A DNA stretch of 64,000 nucleotides from Haliotis cracherodii (Eukaryota), in assembly GCF_022045235.1 (NCBI RefSeq), contig NW_027266270.1:868001-932000 (forward strand), given 5' to 3'. The notes below the pieces were generated by a model. That model did not search any database and was not told the DNA's origin. It saw only the letters and a list, made by a program, of their open reading frames with translations. Shown here piece after piece: positions 26,812-38,960 of this stretch (its first letter is position 1; the number at the start of each line of letters is the position of its first letter). The position numbers were made by a program, and so were the translations under genes.

Positions 26812-27246
26812 GTGTAGGTAGGGTGGTTGGGATAGATGGGGTGTGGGGTGGTGTAGACAGGGGTGGGGGTGTAGGTAGGGTGGTTGGTATAGATGGGGTG
26901 TGGGGTGGTGTAGACAGGAGCGGGGGTGTAGGTAGGGTGGTTGGTATAGATGGGGTGTGGGGTGGTGTAGACAGGGGTGGGCGTGTAGGTAGGGTGGTTG
27001 GGATAGATGGGGTGTGGGGTGGTGTAGACAGGAGCGGGGGTGTAGGTAGGGTGGTTGGTATAGATGGGGTGTGGGGTGGTGTAGACAGGGGTGGGGGTGT
27101 AGGTAGGGTGTGTGGTATAGATGGGGTGTGGGGTGGTGTAGACAGGGGCGGGGGTGTAGGTAGGGTGGTTGGTACAGATGGGGTGTGGGGTGGTGTAGAC
27201 AGGGGCGGGGGTGTAGGTAGGGTGGTTGGGATAGATGGGGTGTGGG
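26812..27246. repeat. 57-bp G-rich minisatellite (about 7.5 units)
   Basis: Units at 26812, 26869... Confidence 0.93.
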
Positions 27247-29136
27247 GAGGGGAACTGTTGAGAGAGGGTGAGAGAGGGTGATAGATGGGTGGGTGGGGTG
27301 GGTTTGGAGAAAGACTGGGGTGGATAGGGGATAGAAGTTGGCGGGTGGAAAAGTATAACTGTGGCTGTGTGTCAACAATAGTTTCCATGGTTACCTAGCA
27401 GTAACAATACTTATAAATACAGTTACAGTCGGTTGATTCGAACAACCCTAGACTAGAGTACCACAATCTTTAAAAAAATTACATCTTTACAAAATAATCA
27501 ACTACGTGGTGGGTTTTGACAGCGTCTACTTTAGTGTAAAAGTATAAAAATACTTTATTATTGTCGATCAGTGCACAACCTTGGGTACAAAAATAAAGGT
27601 GACTGGTCACAGTGTTGAGCACTTGAACTTGGCGAGGACAATTCCTCATACATACAACAGGCAAAACCCCGCCATGGAGACCTCGCTACGCAGTGCGACA
27701 CATGCCACTAAGTAATAACATCATTTCAATATACACAAACCCACGAAGTTAAACAATGTTGACTTACTCAATATTCACCATATTCGGATGCATTTAGATT
27801 TCCCATTCTGTGAAGAAAGTATCATTAGAAGGACACTAACAGTTCATGCATAGACATATTGTTATTGTCTTTGGTTTGTTTCAATGTGACTCACGGGAAG
27901 TGCTCACAATTACACAGTCAATACTTCACAGGTGTGGTCCCACATCCCTGCATCCTCCGTCAATACAAACTGCCAAGTTGGGATGAAGTCAGTGTTTTTG
28001 ACTCATGAATCAAGCCACTGATTGGTTCAGAAGGAAGCCAATGAGCACTCAGATTACATCGCAACCAGCATGTGCAGCATCAACACACTGCTTCAATATG
28101 AGGCAATGGTAGCGTTTCCACAAAGTTCACTTGCGTTCCAGGAGTACAAAAGGTCTCACTTCATCAGTCAACTAGACACACATCACAACAACACCGCAAC
28201 TCGGCCGATGTATTCGGAGGTGATGGAGAAACTTGGTGTAGACAAAACGTGTGAAGTATTGACGATGTCACAATTATTGCTATGGAGTCGCCTGTGAAGA
28301 ACCTGGCGACACTGGCCTACGGCTGTCATACACGGACAGTGATACACGAGGAAGGCTCACTCACTCACTCACTCACTCACTCTCCATCACATGCATTACA
28401 TATTCACAAAGTAAATTTGGGGTACTAAAATATAGTTGTTTTCTTCAAAAGATCTGTACAATCTACTTGTACACTAAAGGTGGGAGATATATTTTCAAAT
28501 TGATCCAGACCAGTTTGTTTACTTGTTTTACAGATAAATCTGCCTCAATGTCAAACATGGTGTGTCTGTTTTCAGTCCATGTTGCGACATTGTAGCCAGC
28601 GTTACTCTTAAACACGATGAATGTTTTCAGCAAAGAAAATCAGAAACAATTGACATGTTGTCAGCTGTGACTGAAACTTCCTGGCGCCATCTCCCCTATT
28701 GCTGCACTGCAGATATATCTGTCTTACATTACCCATCAGCACTCTGGGCATCCGTGCCTCATCTTAGCTCAGATAATCCATGAAACAAGAAATAAACTGG
28801 TCCAGACTACAAAATACTGTATGCTTAGTTCCAAGTCAGTTACCATGGTTACTAAACATTGCTCGTTTCAGCACCACTTTCTCACAGGTTCAAATGTGTC
28901 TCCGACATCACATCGCAGTGGATAACATCAACGTCCGAGTGACGCTCATGATGATGACTATGTACACAATTTCTAATAATGAACAAAATTCATGAATATT
29001 GTTATAGGTAAGAATACACTGTGACACACTTCTGTACAACTAGCCAACCAAAATGATTACGAAATATGTTAATTATGGTAATTTAAGACAATCTATTGTA
29101 ACATAAAATGACAGATTGTCTTGTCATAGTAAAGAT

Positions 29137-29568
29137 CAGAGCTCCAGATATCTTTTTGAGCAATTGAGTTTTTATTCTGGGGTTTCTATTTTAATTGGGT
29201 TATGACATTTTTCATTGGGCAACCAATATTTTTTCACTCATCAATTCATCACTCTATTGGGTTTTCCAAAATTAGTGAACATTTTAAGATTTAAAAAAAA
29301 TATGAAACAATGCTTTAGATGTATATAACTGTTCTAAATATATAGGCTTGACTCGGAAAGTAAGTTAGCTCGTAATTGTGTTTTGGAAATTAGCTTCTTT
29401 GTACGGATGCTGGAAGAGCTTCATTGGGTTTTCACGTGGGCTGTTTTTATACATTGGAGTTTTTCATTTAATGCATGTGTTTCTGTACGCAAGTTGATTA
29501 AAAATAATTAGGTTTTGAATAATTTGGGGGGGTATTTTAGGTAAATATGCTGCTTATCTGTAGCTCTG
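29137..29568. mobile_element. About 430-bp MITE family with CAGAGCT(C/A)CAGATA termini (other copies at 14992-15430 and 34313-34708 inverted)
   Basis: Three collinear copies; imperfect TIRs cagagctccagata / tatctgtagctctg; no clear TSD. Confidence 0.75.
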
Positions 29569-30661
29569 ATTTGATCACAAAGATAATTAGAGACTGAAAG
29601 AAATTAAGACAAATTTGGTAGTAATGAGAAAATGTTTAATATTTGAAACAAAATGAACAAATCTGACATTTTATTCTTGGGTCGATCCCCAAACACCTTG
29701 TGTCAGTCCAATACAGACAATTGAGCACTAAAAGGGGAGATAACTTCATACAGAAACTCGGTAAGAGAGACTAACGTCCCATCAGTCAACCCATAACATA
29801 GGGGCTCTGGATTAAAAAAACATTTCATTTTACACATGAATTATTTTGATTATCCACATCTACCTATCTCATTACACATTGATCTAGAGTCTATAGGCTC
29901 ATATTCCCTACAGTATTTACACTGGTAAACAGGTGTGTAGATATATATATTATACAATATAAGCATAACATCAGAAATTACAAATCACATAATTTCACAA
30001 ATTCAGAAAATTAACAAGTCAATCTGGGTTAGTGACAAACCCAGGAAAACAACTCACTGATGTAAATTAATCTAATGTAATGATTAACTGATGATTTGTG
30101 TTCTGAAAGAATTCTGTACACAACATAGCTGACATGTTGAAACAAATGACGGGTGCTACAGAAGATCCTAAACAGGCGTGGAACTGAGTATTCTACTGAA
30201 TATATTTGTATTCATGCCTGACTCAGACAATCTTAAAAAATAAACCATGATCATATCGTTGAAACATTTTTCATATCCTTTGAATTTTTTTCAAATACAA
30301 AAACACATTTCAATAGTTCTACCCAAATATTCAAATCAATGAAACTCAGAACCAACACCTTAATATTCTTCGACTTAATGGGGATAATAGTTGACTAACC
30401 AAATCAGCAAGGAAGCACGACTCTTGTCACCAATAAGAGTTGTCTCCCTTTGACACATACACTGAGACGTCCGGACATATCGACTGCCTGGCTTGACGCA
30501 CATGCTCGAACTACCCTGGGGTTCAGCTCCCTGGGCAGTATCCCTGCACGATGCTGCTAAACTGGTTACAGTGTTTGCTGGTGTGTGACGAGTCGTCCCT
30601 TTGTGGTGTTGATGCTGGGTGTCCAGTGGAAACCCCCTCTACACATTATCTACAGCAGAGT

Positions 30662-30799
30662 TCATTGATTTAGCCTCTCCAGTTCTTCGGGGGATAAAAA
30701 TCGGACGTGCGTAAAGGGGAATATTCCAGTTCTTCCGTTCACCTCCCCTTCCCACTGTCCGTTAACATTCATTGCTGTGACTGTGATTATCTCCCCTTT
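30662..30799 (-). CDS. CRK: CRK exon 8, terminal (C-terminal SH3)
   Basis: [48 protein letters not shown]; the eight exons sum to 768 nt = 255 aa + stop. Confidence 0.96.
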   Translation of the reverse strand, partial: [45 protein letters not shown]

Positions 30800-31274
30800 C
30801 TGAAACAAAAAAAGTGTATCTAAATTGTGACTTTTACACTGCTTTTAACAATACATTGTTTATAGTATTACATCGCTTTTAGTATGACACTACTTTAGTA
30901 TAACTTCTTGTATCAAGCACAGCAAGGCAGGGGACATTGAGAATGGGGATCTTCAATATTGCCACAAATTGGAACTGAATAAAACTGACAGAAAATGAAA
31001 ACATAGCAAACATTTGTGTCTCGTTCCAGCAGGACTTGCTACAAACTCTGAGGACTAGGAGTCAAAGTTTAGACTCGTCCTCTTGAATGGTCTTATAGAA
31101 AAGACTTCTTTGCCTGTGGACGTGGAGTTGACAAACCAAGGTTCATAACTAGGGTTTGGCTTCAAACCCTAAGATCTTGGCATGCATAGGTGATGCACCT
31201 CAGCAGAGTGAATTACGGTGCCTTGAATGACTGGTGCACCAGAAAACTGGGGCCACTATCGCTAGCCAACCTAC

Positions 31275-31352
31275 CAATAGCTTCAGCTGTGTTTTATCGT
31301 AAGCATTGGGTATCCTCTGGGTGATCACAGTAGCCTTGGCTGGCAGGGTAAC
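31275..31352 (-). CDS. CRK: CRK exon 7 (C-terminal SH3, first part)
   Basis: VTLPAKATVITQRIPNAYDKTQLKLL contains the Crk-specific PNAYDKT motif; ttgtttcag acceptor, GTAGGT donor. Confidence 0.95.
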
Positions 31353-31519
31353 CTGAAACAAGGAAGGCAGATCATACATAACAAACACATCATTCATCTC
31401 TCTATCAACAACATACTCAGTCAGTCATCACATCCATCTCACATCTATCTGTACTTGACATATATGTAACATACTTGTATTTTATTCGTCAGTGATGTTT
31501 TGATAAACTTCCAGGTACC

Positions 31520-32870
31520 GTTAACATTGGTGGCATTGGCATTTAGGTCTGTTAATATCTGTGGTATTGGCATTTAGGTCTGTTAACATCAGTGGTATTG
31601 GCATTTAGGTCTGTTAACATCAGTGGTATTGGCATTTAGGTCTGTTAACATCGGTGGTATTGGCATTTAGGTCTGTTAACATCGGTGGTATTGGCATTTA
31701 GGTCTGTTAACATCGGTGGTATTGGCATTTAGGGTCTGTTAACATCGGTGGTATTGGCATTTAGGTCTGTTAACATTGGTGATATTGGCATTTAGGTCTG
31801 TTAACATCAGTGGTATAGGCATTTCTGTCTGTTAACATCTGTGGTATTGGCATTTAGGTCTGTTAACATCGGTGGTATTGGCATTTAGGTCTGTTAACAT
31901 CAGTGGTATTGGCATTTAGGTCTGTTAACATCGGTGGTATTGGCATTAAGGTCTGTTAACATCGGTGGTATTGGCATTTATGTCTGTTAACATCGGTGGT
32001 ATTGGCATTTAGGTCTGTTAACATCAGTGGTATAGGCATTTCTGTCTGTTAACATCGGTGGTATTGGCATTAAGGTCTGTTAACATCAGGGGTATTGGCA
32101 TTTAGGTCTGTTAACATCAGTGGTATTGGCATTTAGGTCTGTTAACATCGGTGGTATTGGCATTTAGGTCTGTTAACATCGGTGGTATTGGCATTTAGGT
32201 CTGTTAACATCGGTGGTATTGGCATTTATGCCAGTTTACATCAGTGGTATTGGCATTTATGTCTGTTAACATCAGTGGTATTGGCATTTATGTCTGTTAA
32301 CATCAGTGGTATAGGCATTTATGTCTGTTAACATCAATGGTATTGACATTTAAGTCTGTTAACATCAGTGGTATTGGCATTTATGCCTGTTAACATCACT
32401 GGTATTGGCATTTCTGTCTGTTAACATCGATGGTATTGACATTTATGTCTGTTAACATCAGAAGTATTGGCATTTATGCCTGTTAACAACGGTGGTATTG
32501 GCATTTATGTCTGTTAACATCGGTGGTATTGGTATTTATGCCTGTTAACATCTGTGGTATTGGCATTTATGTCTGTTAACATCAGTGGTATTGGCATTAA
32601 TGCCTGTTAACATCAGTGCTATTTGCATTTACGCCTGTTAACATTGTTGTCGTCAGTGTTAACATTAGTGGTCTGTTAACATCGTGGTATCTGTACTTAC
32701 ATCTATTAACATCCTGGTATCTGTACTTATGTATGTTAACATCAGTGGTATTGACATTTATGTCTGTAAACATCAGTGGAATTGGCATTAATGCCTGTTA
32801 ACATCAGTGGTATTGGCATTTATGCCTGTTAATATCAGTGGTATTGGCATTTATGCCTGTTAACATCGTT
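31520..32870. repeat. 31-bp minisatellite in CRK intron 6, related to the end of exon 6
   Basis: gtggtattggcatttaggtctgttaacatca, about 40 units. Confidence 0.93.
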
Positions 32871-32894
32871 GGTGTCAGTGTTAACATTAGTGGT

Positions 32895-33710
32895 CTGTTA
32901 ACATGATGGTATCTGTACTTACGTCTGTTAACATCGTGGTATCTGTACTTATGTATGTTAACATCGTGGTATCTGTACTTATGTATGTTAACATCGTGGT
33001 ATCTGTACTTACGTCTGTTAACATCGTGGTATCTGTACTTATGTATGTTAACATCGTGGTATCTGTACTTACGTCTGTTAACATCGTGGTATCTGTACTT
33101 ATGTATGTTAACATCATTGTATCTGTACTTATGTATGTTAACATCGTGGTATCTGTACTTATGTATGTTAACATCGTGGTATCTGTACTTATGTATGTTA
33201 ACATCGTGGTATCTGTACTTATGTATGTTAACATCGTGGTATCTGTACTTACGTCTGTTAACATCGTGGTATCTGTACTTACGTCTGTTAACATCGTGGT
33301 ATCTGTACTTATGTATGTTAACATCGTGGTATCTGTACTTATGTATGTTAACATGGTGGTATCTGTACTTATGTATGTTAACATCGAGGTATCTGTACTT
33401 ACGTCTGTTAACATCGTGGTATCTGTACTTATGTATGTTAACATCATTGTATCTGTACTTATGTATGTTAACATCATGGTATCTGTACTTATGTATGTTA
33501 ACATCGTGGTATCTGTACTTATGTATGTTAACATCGTGGTATCTGTACTTATGTATGTTAACATCGTGGTATCTGTACTTATGTATGTTAACATCGTGGT
33601 ATCTGTACTTACGTCTGTTAACATCGTGGTATCTGTACTTATGTATGTTAACATCGTGGTATCTGTACTTATGTATGTTAACATCGTGGTATCTGTACTT
33701 ACGTCTGTTA
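32895..33710. repeat. 30-bp minisatellite (27 units) spanning the CRK exon 6 donor
   Basis: atctgtactta(cgtc/tgta)tgttaacatcgtggt in perfect 30-bp register. Confidence 0.96.
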
Positions 33711-33768
33711 TCATTGGTGGTATTGGACTCTGGTAGTCTGGTCTGGGTGGGCTCGTTACTTCCTGATA
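33703..33768 (-). CDS. CRK: CRK exon 6 (inter-SH3 linker with YxxP motif)
   Basis: ctttccttgcag acceptor, GAC|GTAAGT donor, phase 0/0; YQEVTSPPRPDYQSPIPPMITD, with YQSP positioned like CrkII Y221 (YAQP). Confidence 0.82.
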
Positions 33769-34009
33769 CTGCAAGGAAAGTCGATACATTCAACTTGTTT
33801 GTTGTTTAACACCACCCCCAGCAATACTGCAGCTGTAAATACCCAAGTCTTGTCCAGACACTACATTGTGAGCAGAAGACTCTGTGATTTACCTTTCTTT
33901 GTGAGTCAAGAACATCGCACTCACACATCAATCAGCCGCCACAAGGACGAAACCACCCTTCAAATACTTCACAACAAAAGTGACACTGACGGAATTTAAC
34001 AGTTTTTAA

Positions 34010-34197
34010 AATGAAATCTATTTTTTCCTTAAGTGACAAATGTTATATTTGGGATAACACTTTCTTGTTGAAGTACAGATTCTGGTACTTCGTGGGGTTG
34101 AGTCCCGTCCGGGATTGGAACCCACACTGCCAGAGTGAGGCACCTCATCACCAGCACACAAGTCAGCAATCTAACCAACTCAGCCGCCAAGGCTTCC
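34010..34197 (-). mobile_element. Probable further tRNA-headed SINE, degraded
   Basis: Minus strand GGCTGAGTTGGTTAGA...GGGTTCCAATCCC, A/B-box-like; single copy here. Confidence 0.45.
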
Positions 34198-34943
34198 ACA
34201 AAAATGAAAGTCCGACAACTGGTTGTCTAGATCACGCACTTTGTGCACCCCTCTGACAAAGTGTAAATTGGCACTGCTCCCATGGCATTGTGTATTCATA
34301 TTGTTCATTAAACAGAGCTACGGATAAGCTGTGTATTAGCGTAATATATTCCCCCCCTCCCAAATATTGAAAACCCAATCACTTTCAATTACCTTGCGTT
34401 AAAACGCATGCAAATAATGAACAAATGTATAAAAACAGCACGCGTAAATACACAATGAAGCTTTTTTAGCATGCGTACAAAGGAGCTAATTTCCGAAACA
34501 CAATTACAAGCTAAGTTACTTTACGAGTCAAGCCTATATTTAGAACCATTGTATACATCTAAAAACATAATTTTTTTGGATAAATCCAATAGAGTGATGA
34601 ATAGATTAGTGAAAAAATATTGCTTACGCAATGAAAAATGTAATAGCCCAATTAAATCAAAACCATCAAGTAAAAACTCAATTGCACAAAAAGTTATCTG
34701 GAACTCTCTTAAAGTTTTAAAACAGGCTGTACATTTCTCACCATTAAATGGAATCCTGGGGTCTTTGAGGTTAGTTCCTATGGTAAAGATATGAAGACTA
34801 ATTGTCTTCTCCAAACATGGAGTTATTTTACATAAACCACGAGCCCTAAACAAGCTGAGGATTAGTTGAATCTGACCAATGTTGTCTACCCCGGACAAGC
34901 ATGAGATATGGAAGGTCTTTTCAACTCTGATGACACAGCATAC

Positions 34944-35072
34944 CTTGCCAAAGTACGGCACGGGGATCTGTCCAACCCGACCTTGGTTGTTGCGGGCTGT
35001 CCACCAGCTCTCCTCGTCCTTGGAGATCACTTCCAACACTTCCCCCTTCAGGAACGGGAGATCCTCGGGGTC
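34944..35072 (-). CDS. CRK: CRK exon 5 (N-terminal SH3)
   Basis: DPEDLPFLKGEVLEVISKDEESWWTARNNQGRVGQIPVPYFGK; ttgcag acceptor, AAG|GTATGC donor. Confidence 0.96.
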
Positions 35073-35112
35073 CTGCAACAGCATCAACACTGAGTCATTC
35101 CACGTGATCACA

Positions 35113-35263
35113 ACTACTACTACTACTACTCCTGCCACTACCGCTACTGCTACTACTACAACTCCTACATTACTGCTTGTACTACTGCTACAACTGCTAC
35201 TACTGCTACTATTACTGCTACTACTACTGCTACTACCACTACAACTCCTACTACTGCTGCTAC
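35113..35263. repeat. (CTA/CTG)n microsatellite
   Basis: Directly visible, about 40 bp upstream of the CRK exon 5 acceptor. Confidence 0.9.
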
Positions 35264-36384
35264 AATGGTCAATGATCAGTGTGTACTCAACAATCCTTCT
35301 CATTACATGTTTGACATCAAATGACTCAAGCATATGATTCAGTCAGTAATCAGTAACAACCAGTGTCAGAAGTAAAACTGACCAGCAGAGAGATTAGTCA
35401 TGTCACTTGATTGTGATGTCATGGTATCTAATGATGTCACAATGGTCTGCAAAGCTTTGTGATGAAATTTCAGTGCTGAGATATCCTGTGAAGGCCAGTT
35501 TTGGAAGATTAATAGAATATCGCCCTTGTGTCTATTAAGCCTCTATCGACTCGTGCTGACATATTTGATATCAAAAGACGCTTGCGCGAGATTCCCTAGA
35601 TCTTCAGTTTCATGGATAACAAAGAACAATCCCCACCTCAAGTAATTCTGACATCATCAACATGTGTTTATTCCAGGCAGCGATATTGAATTTCAACAGA
35701 CTTGAACCCTACTGGCCTGCCACACTTAGATTCAGCTCAAATTTCCTCCATGACATTGACAACATGACTTCCCCAGCAGATGCAGGACATCCCATTGGAC
35801 CAGATGGGATACAATTAGACGTCCTAATTGCATAGGAAGAGGTACTTAAACATCAGTTTTTTTTGTCTATCCTGAAGAGCACTTCATAGATACTATCTCT
35901 CAAACTCAAGCACTTGTAACTTTCTCAACAACTCTTGCAACAGTTTTCTTTCATAAACATTTAAACAGTAGCTTGTGTTTGCCTTAGCCCTATATATCAA
36001 GGTTTCAGCTATTATAGCTTCTAAATTTCCACTCAATCAAATGACGGTGTCCGTTACATTGCATACATAATATCTGATAAAACAAATGTGTTCCAAGGTT
36101 TTGAGACATGCCCTGTCGACATCTCCCTGTCACACTGACATACTTAGGTACAGCGTGAGTGTGACAAATTCCTGGTGCACTCGTTACAACAATAGCCAGT
36201 CAGGCATGGGGACCAGGAAGTGTTCTCACAGTAACAGTTGGTGCTGGACAAAGTTTCTCCCCCACAATATATTGAACAATGAACAATATCAAAATCATAC
36301 CAAAATATACATCAAAAGGCCTTACATTTGGGGGGAAAGTGACAAAAGTTGTTGAGTAACAAATGATAGATTATTAATTGACTA

Positions 36385-36900
36385 ATGTGATGTGATGTCT
36401 GTGTGGCGTGGCGTGGCGTGGGCGTGGCGTGACGTGACGTGACGTGACGTGACGTGGCGTAGTGCCTGTGTGGCGTGGCGTGGCGTGGCGTGGCGTGGCG
36501 TGACGTGACGTGATGTGGCGTAGTGCCTGTGTGGCGTGGCGTGGCGTGGCGTGGCGTGGCGTGGTGTCTGTGTGGTGTGATGTCTGTGTAGTCTCTGTGT
36601 GGTGTCTGTGTGATGTGATGTGATGTGGCGTAGTGCCTGTGTGGTGTGGTGTGGCATGGCATGGCGTGGCGTGGCGTGGCGTGGCGTGGCGTGGCGTGGC
36701 GTGACGTGGCGTAGTGCCTGTGTGGTGTGGTGTGGTGTGGCGTGGCGTGGTGTCTGTGTGGTGTCTGTGTGATGTGATGTGATGTGATGTGATGTGATGT
36801 GATGTGATGTGATGTGGCGTAGTGCCTGTGTGGTGTGGTGTGGTGTGGTGTGGTGTGGTGCGGTGTGGTGTGGTGTGGTGTTATGGTGTTGTCTGTGTGG
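36385..36900. repeat. Compound pentanucleotide repeat (GTGGC/GTGAC/GTGAT/GTGGT)
   Basis: Directly visible. Confidence 0.92.
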
Positions 36901-36987
36901 TATTATGAGGTGTGGGTGGACGTCACATCTAAGTAATCAAATGCAAACACCTTCACTATGAAGAATACCATAAAAAAAGAAACTTAC

Positions 36988-37032
36988 CCTTCCAGGAAAA
37001 TCATATTTGGCTACAATCTTAATCCTTGGCGC
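36988..37032 (-). CDS. CRK: CRK exon 4 (start of N-terminal SH3)
   Basis: attttcag acceptor, GTAAGT donor; APRIKIVAKYDFPGR (SH3 ALYDF-type motif). Confidence 0.92.
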
Positions 37033-37159
37033 CTGAAAATCAATACAAAACAGGATCAGAAAATGTTAATTGTGGACTTCATGACACATATAGTCTAATA
37101 CACATGCAAACTACCGAACAGCATATCTACTTTCAAGTTTAAAATTGATACATGATACA

Positions 37160-37651
<492 letters not shown>

Positions 37652-38394
37652 TCACATGCCGTCACTAGCAAGTACTTGGGATACACACTCAGAGATTTAC
37701 TGTGGGGATCCAGGGAACTAAAGGCCTTTAACTGTAGCAGGCATAGATTGTTTCTTGTTTTGTTTTGGCTGTTGTTTAACGCCGCACTCAGCAATATTCC
37801 AGCTGTATGATGGCGGTGTGTAAATAATCGAGTCTGGACCGGATAATCCCTTGATTGACATCGTAAGCATTGATCCATGCAATTGGGATACCATGACATG
37901 CATCAAAGAAGTCAGCGAGCCTGACCACCCGATCCCGTTAGTCGCCTCTTATGGCAAGCATGGGTTGCTGAAGACCCCGGATCTTCACTGGTAGATTGTA
38001 CAACAAATTTGCATGTAGCCAGCAGGGCCTGCTCCTTTTATACGTTACTGGCCCTTTTCCAAACTGGCCTACAACTAAGTGGTAGAGGCCACAACCTGGC
38101 TAAGTCTGAGATCACGTAGCCACCTAGCGGGGCTCTGAAAATTTTACAACTTCTCACCCGTAAAACGTTTTTGCATGCATCTTGGCTTCCATTTGCCTCA
38201 TTTGTGTTGATTTATGAGCAAAAGAAGTTGCTGTACACAACATTACAAAATGGAGGCCGGTTCTTATTTACCGACATGATCCAATTAAAACAAGCTTATA
38301 GTCGACGAAGTCATCTATATCCCCTGCATGTTTTAACACGTTATGGTCCCAAACCAAGTAACTGACCCAATATTCCTCTTAGCCCATGTCAAAA

Positions 38395-38960
38395 TAGCTG
38401 CAATGGAAATTTTAAAATAAACATTTCTTAAACTCCTTAATATCAAATGGCACCAGTTCAGTATGTGTTTTATATATAGACATGCAATGTTCAGTGAGGA
38501 AATATTTAAAGGTTTATTTGTATTTAACGGTTTTTGAGTTACGCTCCGGAAACGAACACCACCCTTGTAGACCCTTAGTCCAATTTGTTGCCATGGAAAC
38601 ATAAAAAATAAAAATTTATAAAATTCCTAAATAGCAAAAGACACCAGTTCAGTATGTGCCTGGTAGACATGTAAAGTTTTGAAAGAAAGTAATTAACAGT
38701 TTTTGAGTTACCCTGAGGAAATGAACACCACCTTTAAAGAACCTAAGTCCAAATTGTTGCCATGGAAACATAAAAAATAAAAATTTATAAAAATCCTAAA
38801 TAGGCACCAGTTTAGCATGAGTCTGATAGCCTTGTAGAGAAATATTTAACTGTTTCTGCGTTATGCTCCGGAAACTATTTCGGGCCGCACGCACGCACAC
38901 ACGGAGGGACGGACGGACGGAACCCATTTCAATATCCCCCACCAACTTTGTTGGGCAAGA
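38395..38960. repeat. Interspersed element with about 169-bp internal tandem cores followed by a (cgga)n microsatellite
   Basis: ccatggaaacataaaaaataaaaattt at 38591 and 38760, partial copy near 38400. The core-plus-microsatellite layout recalls non-autonomous Helentron/pearl-like elements (inference). Confidence 0.5.

Noticed and set aside
26749-27388. Extensin/mucin-like ORFs
   Set aside because: 57-bp minisatellite, open in several frames, no splice or homology support
24490-30661. Very long CRK 3' UTR
   Set aside because: Plausible, with several minus-strand AATAAA sites (e.g. near 29670 and 24515), but it cannot be delimited from sequence alone
32804-33809. KYRYHDVNIH, VSVLMYVNIV and SWYLYLCMLT repeat ORFs
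   Set aside because: Alternative frames of the 30-bp array; only the frame of ORF 32887..33789 is continuous with a CRK exon
34521-35337. 270-aa ORF with poly-Ser, apparent TM segment and SH3; antisense poly-Leu ORF
   Set aside because: Only 34944-35072 is exon; the rest is a trinucleotide microsatellite and a MITE
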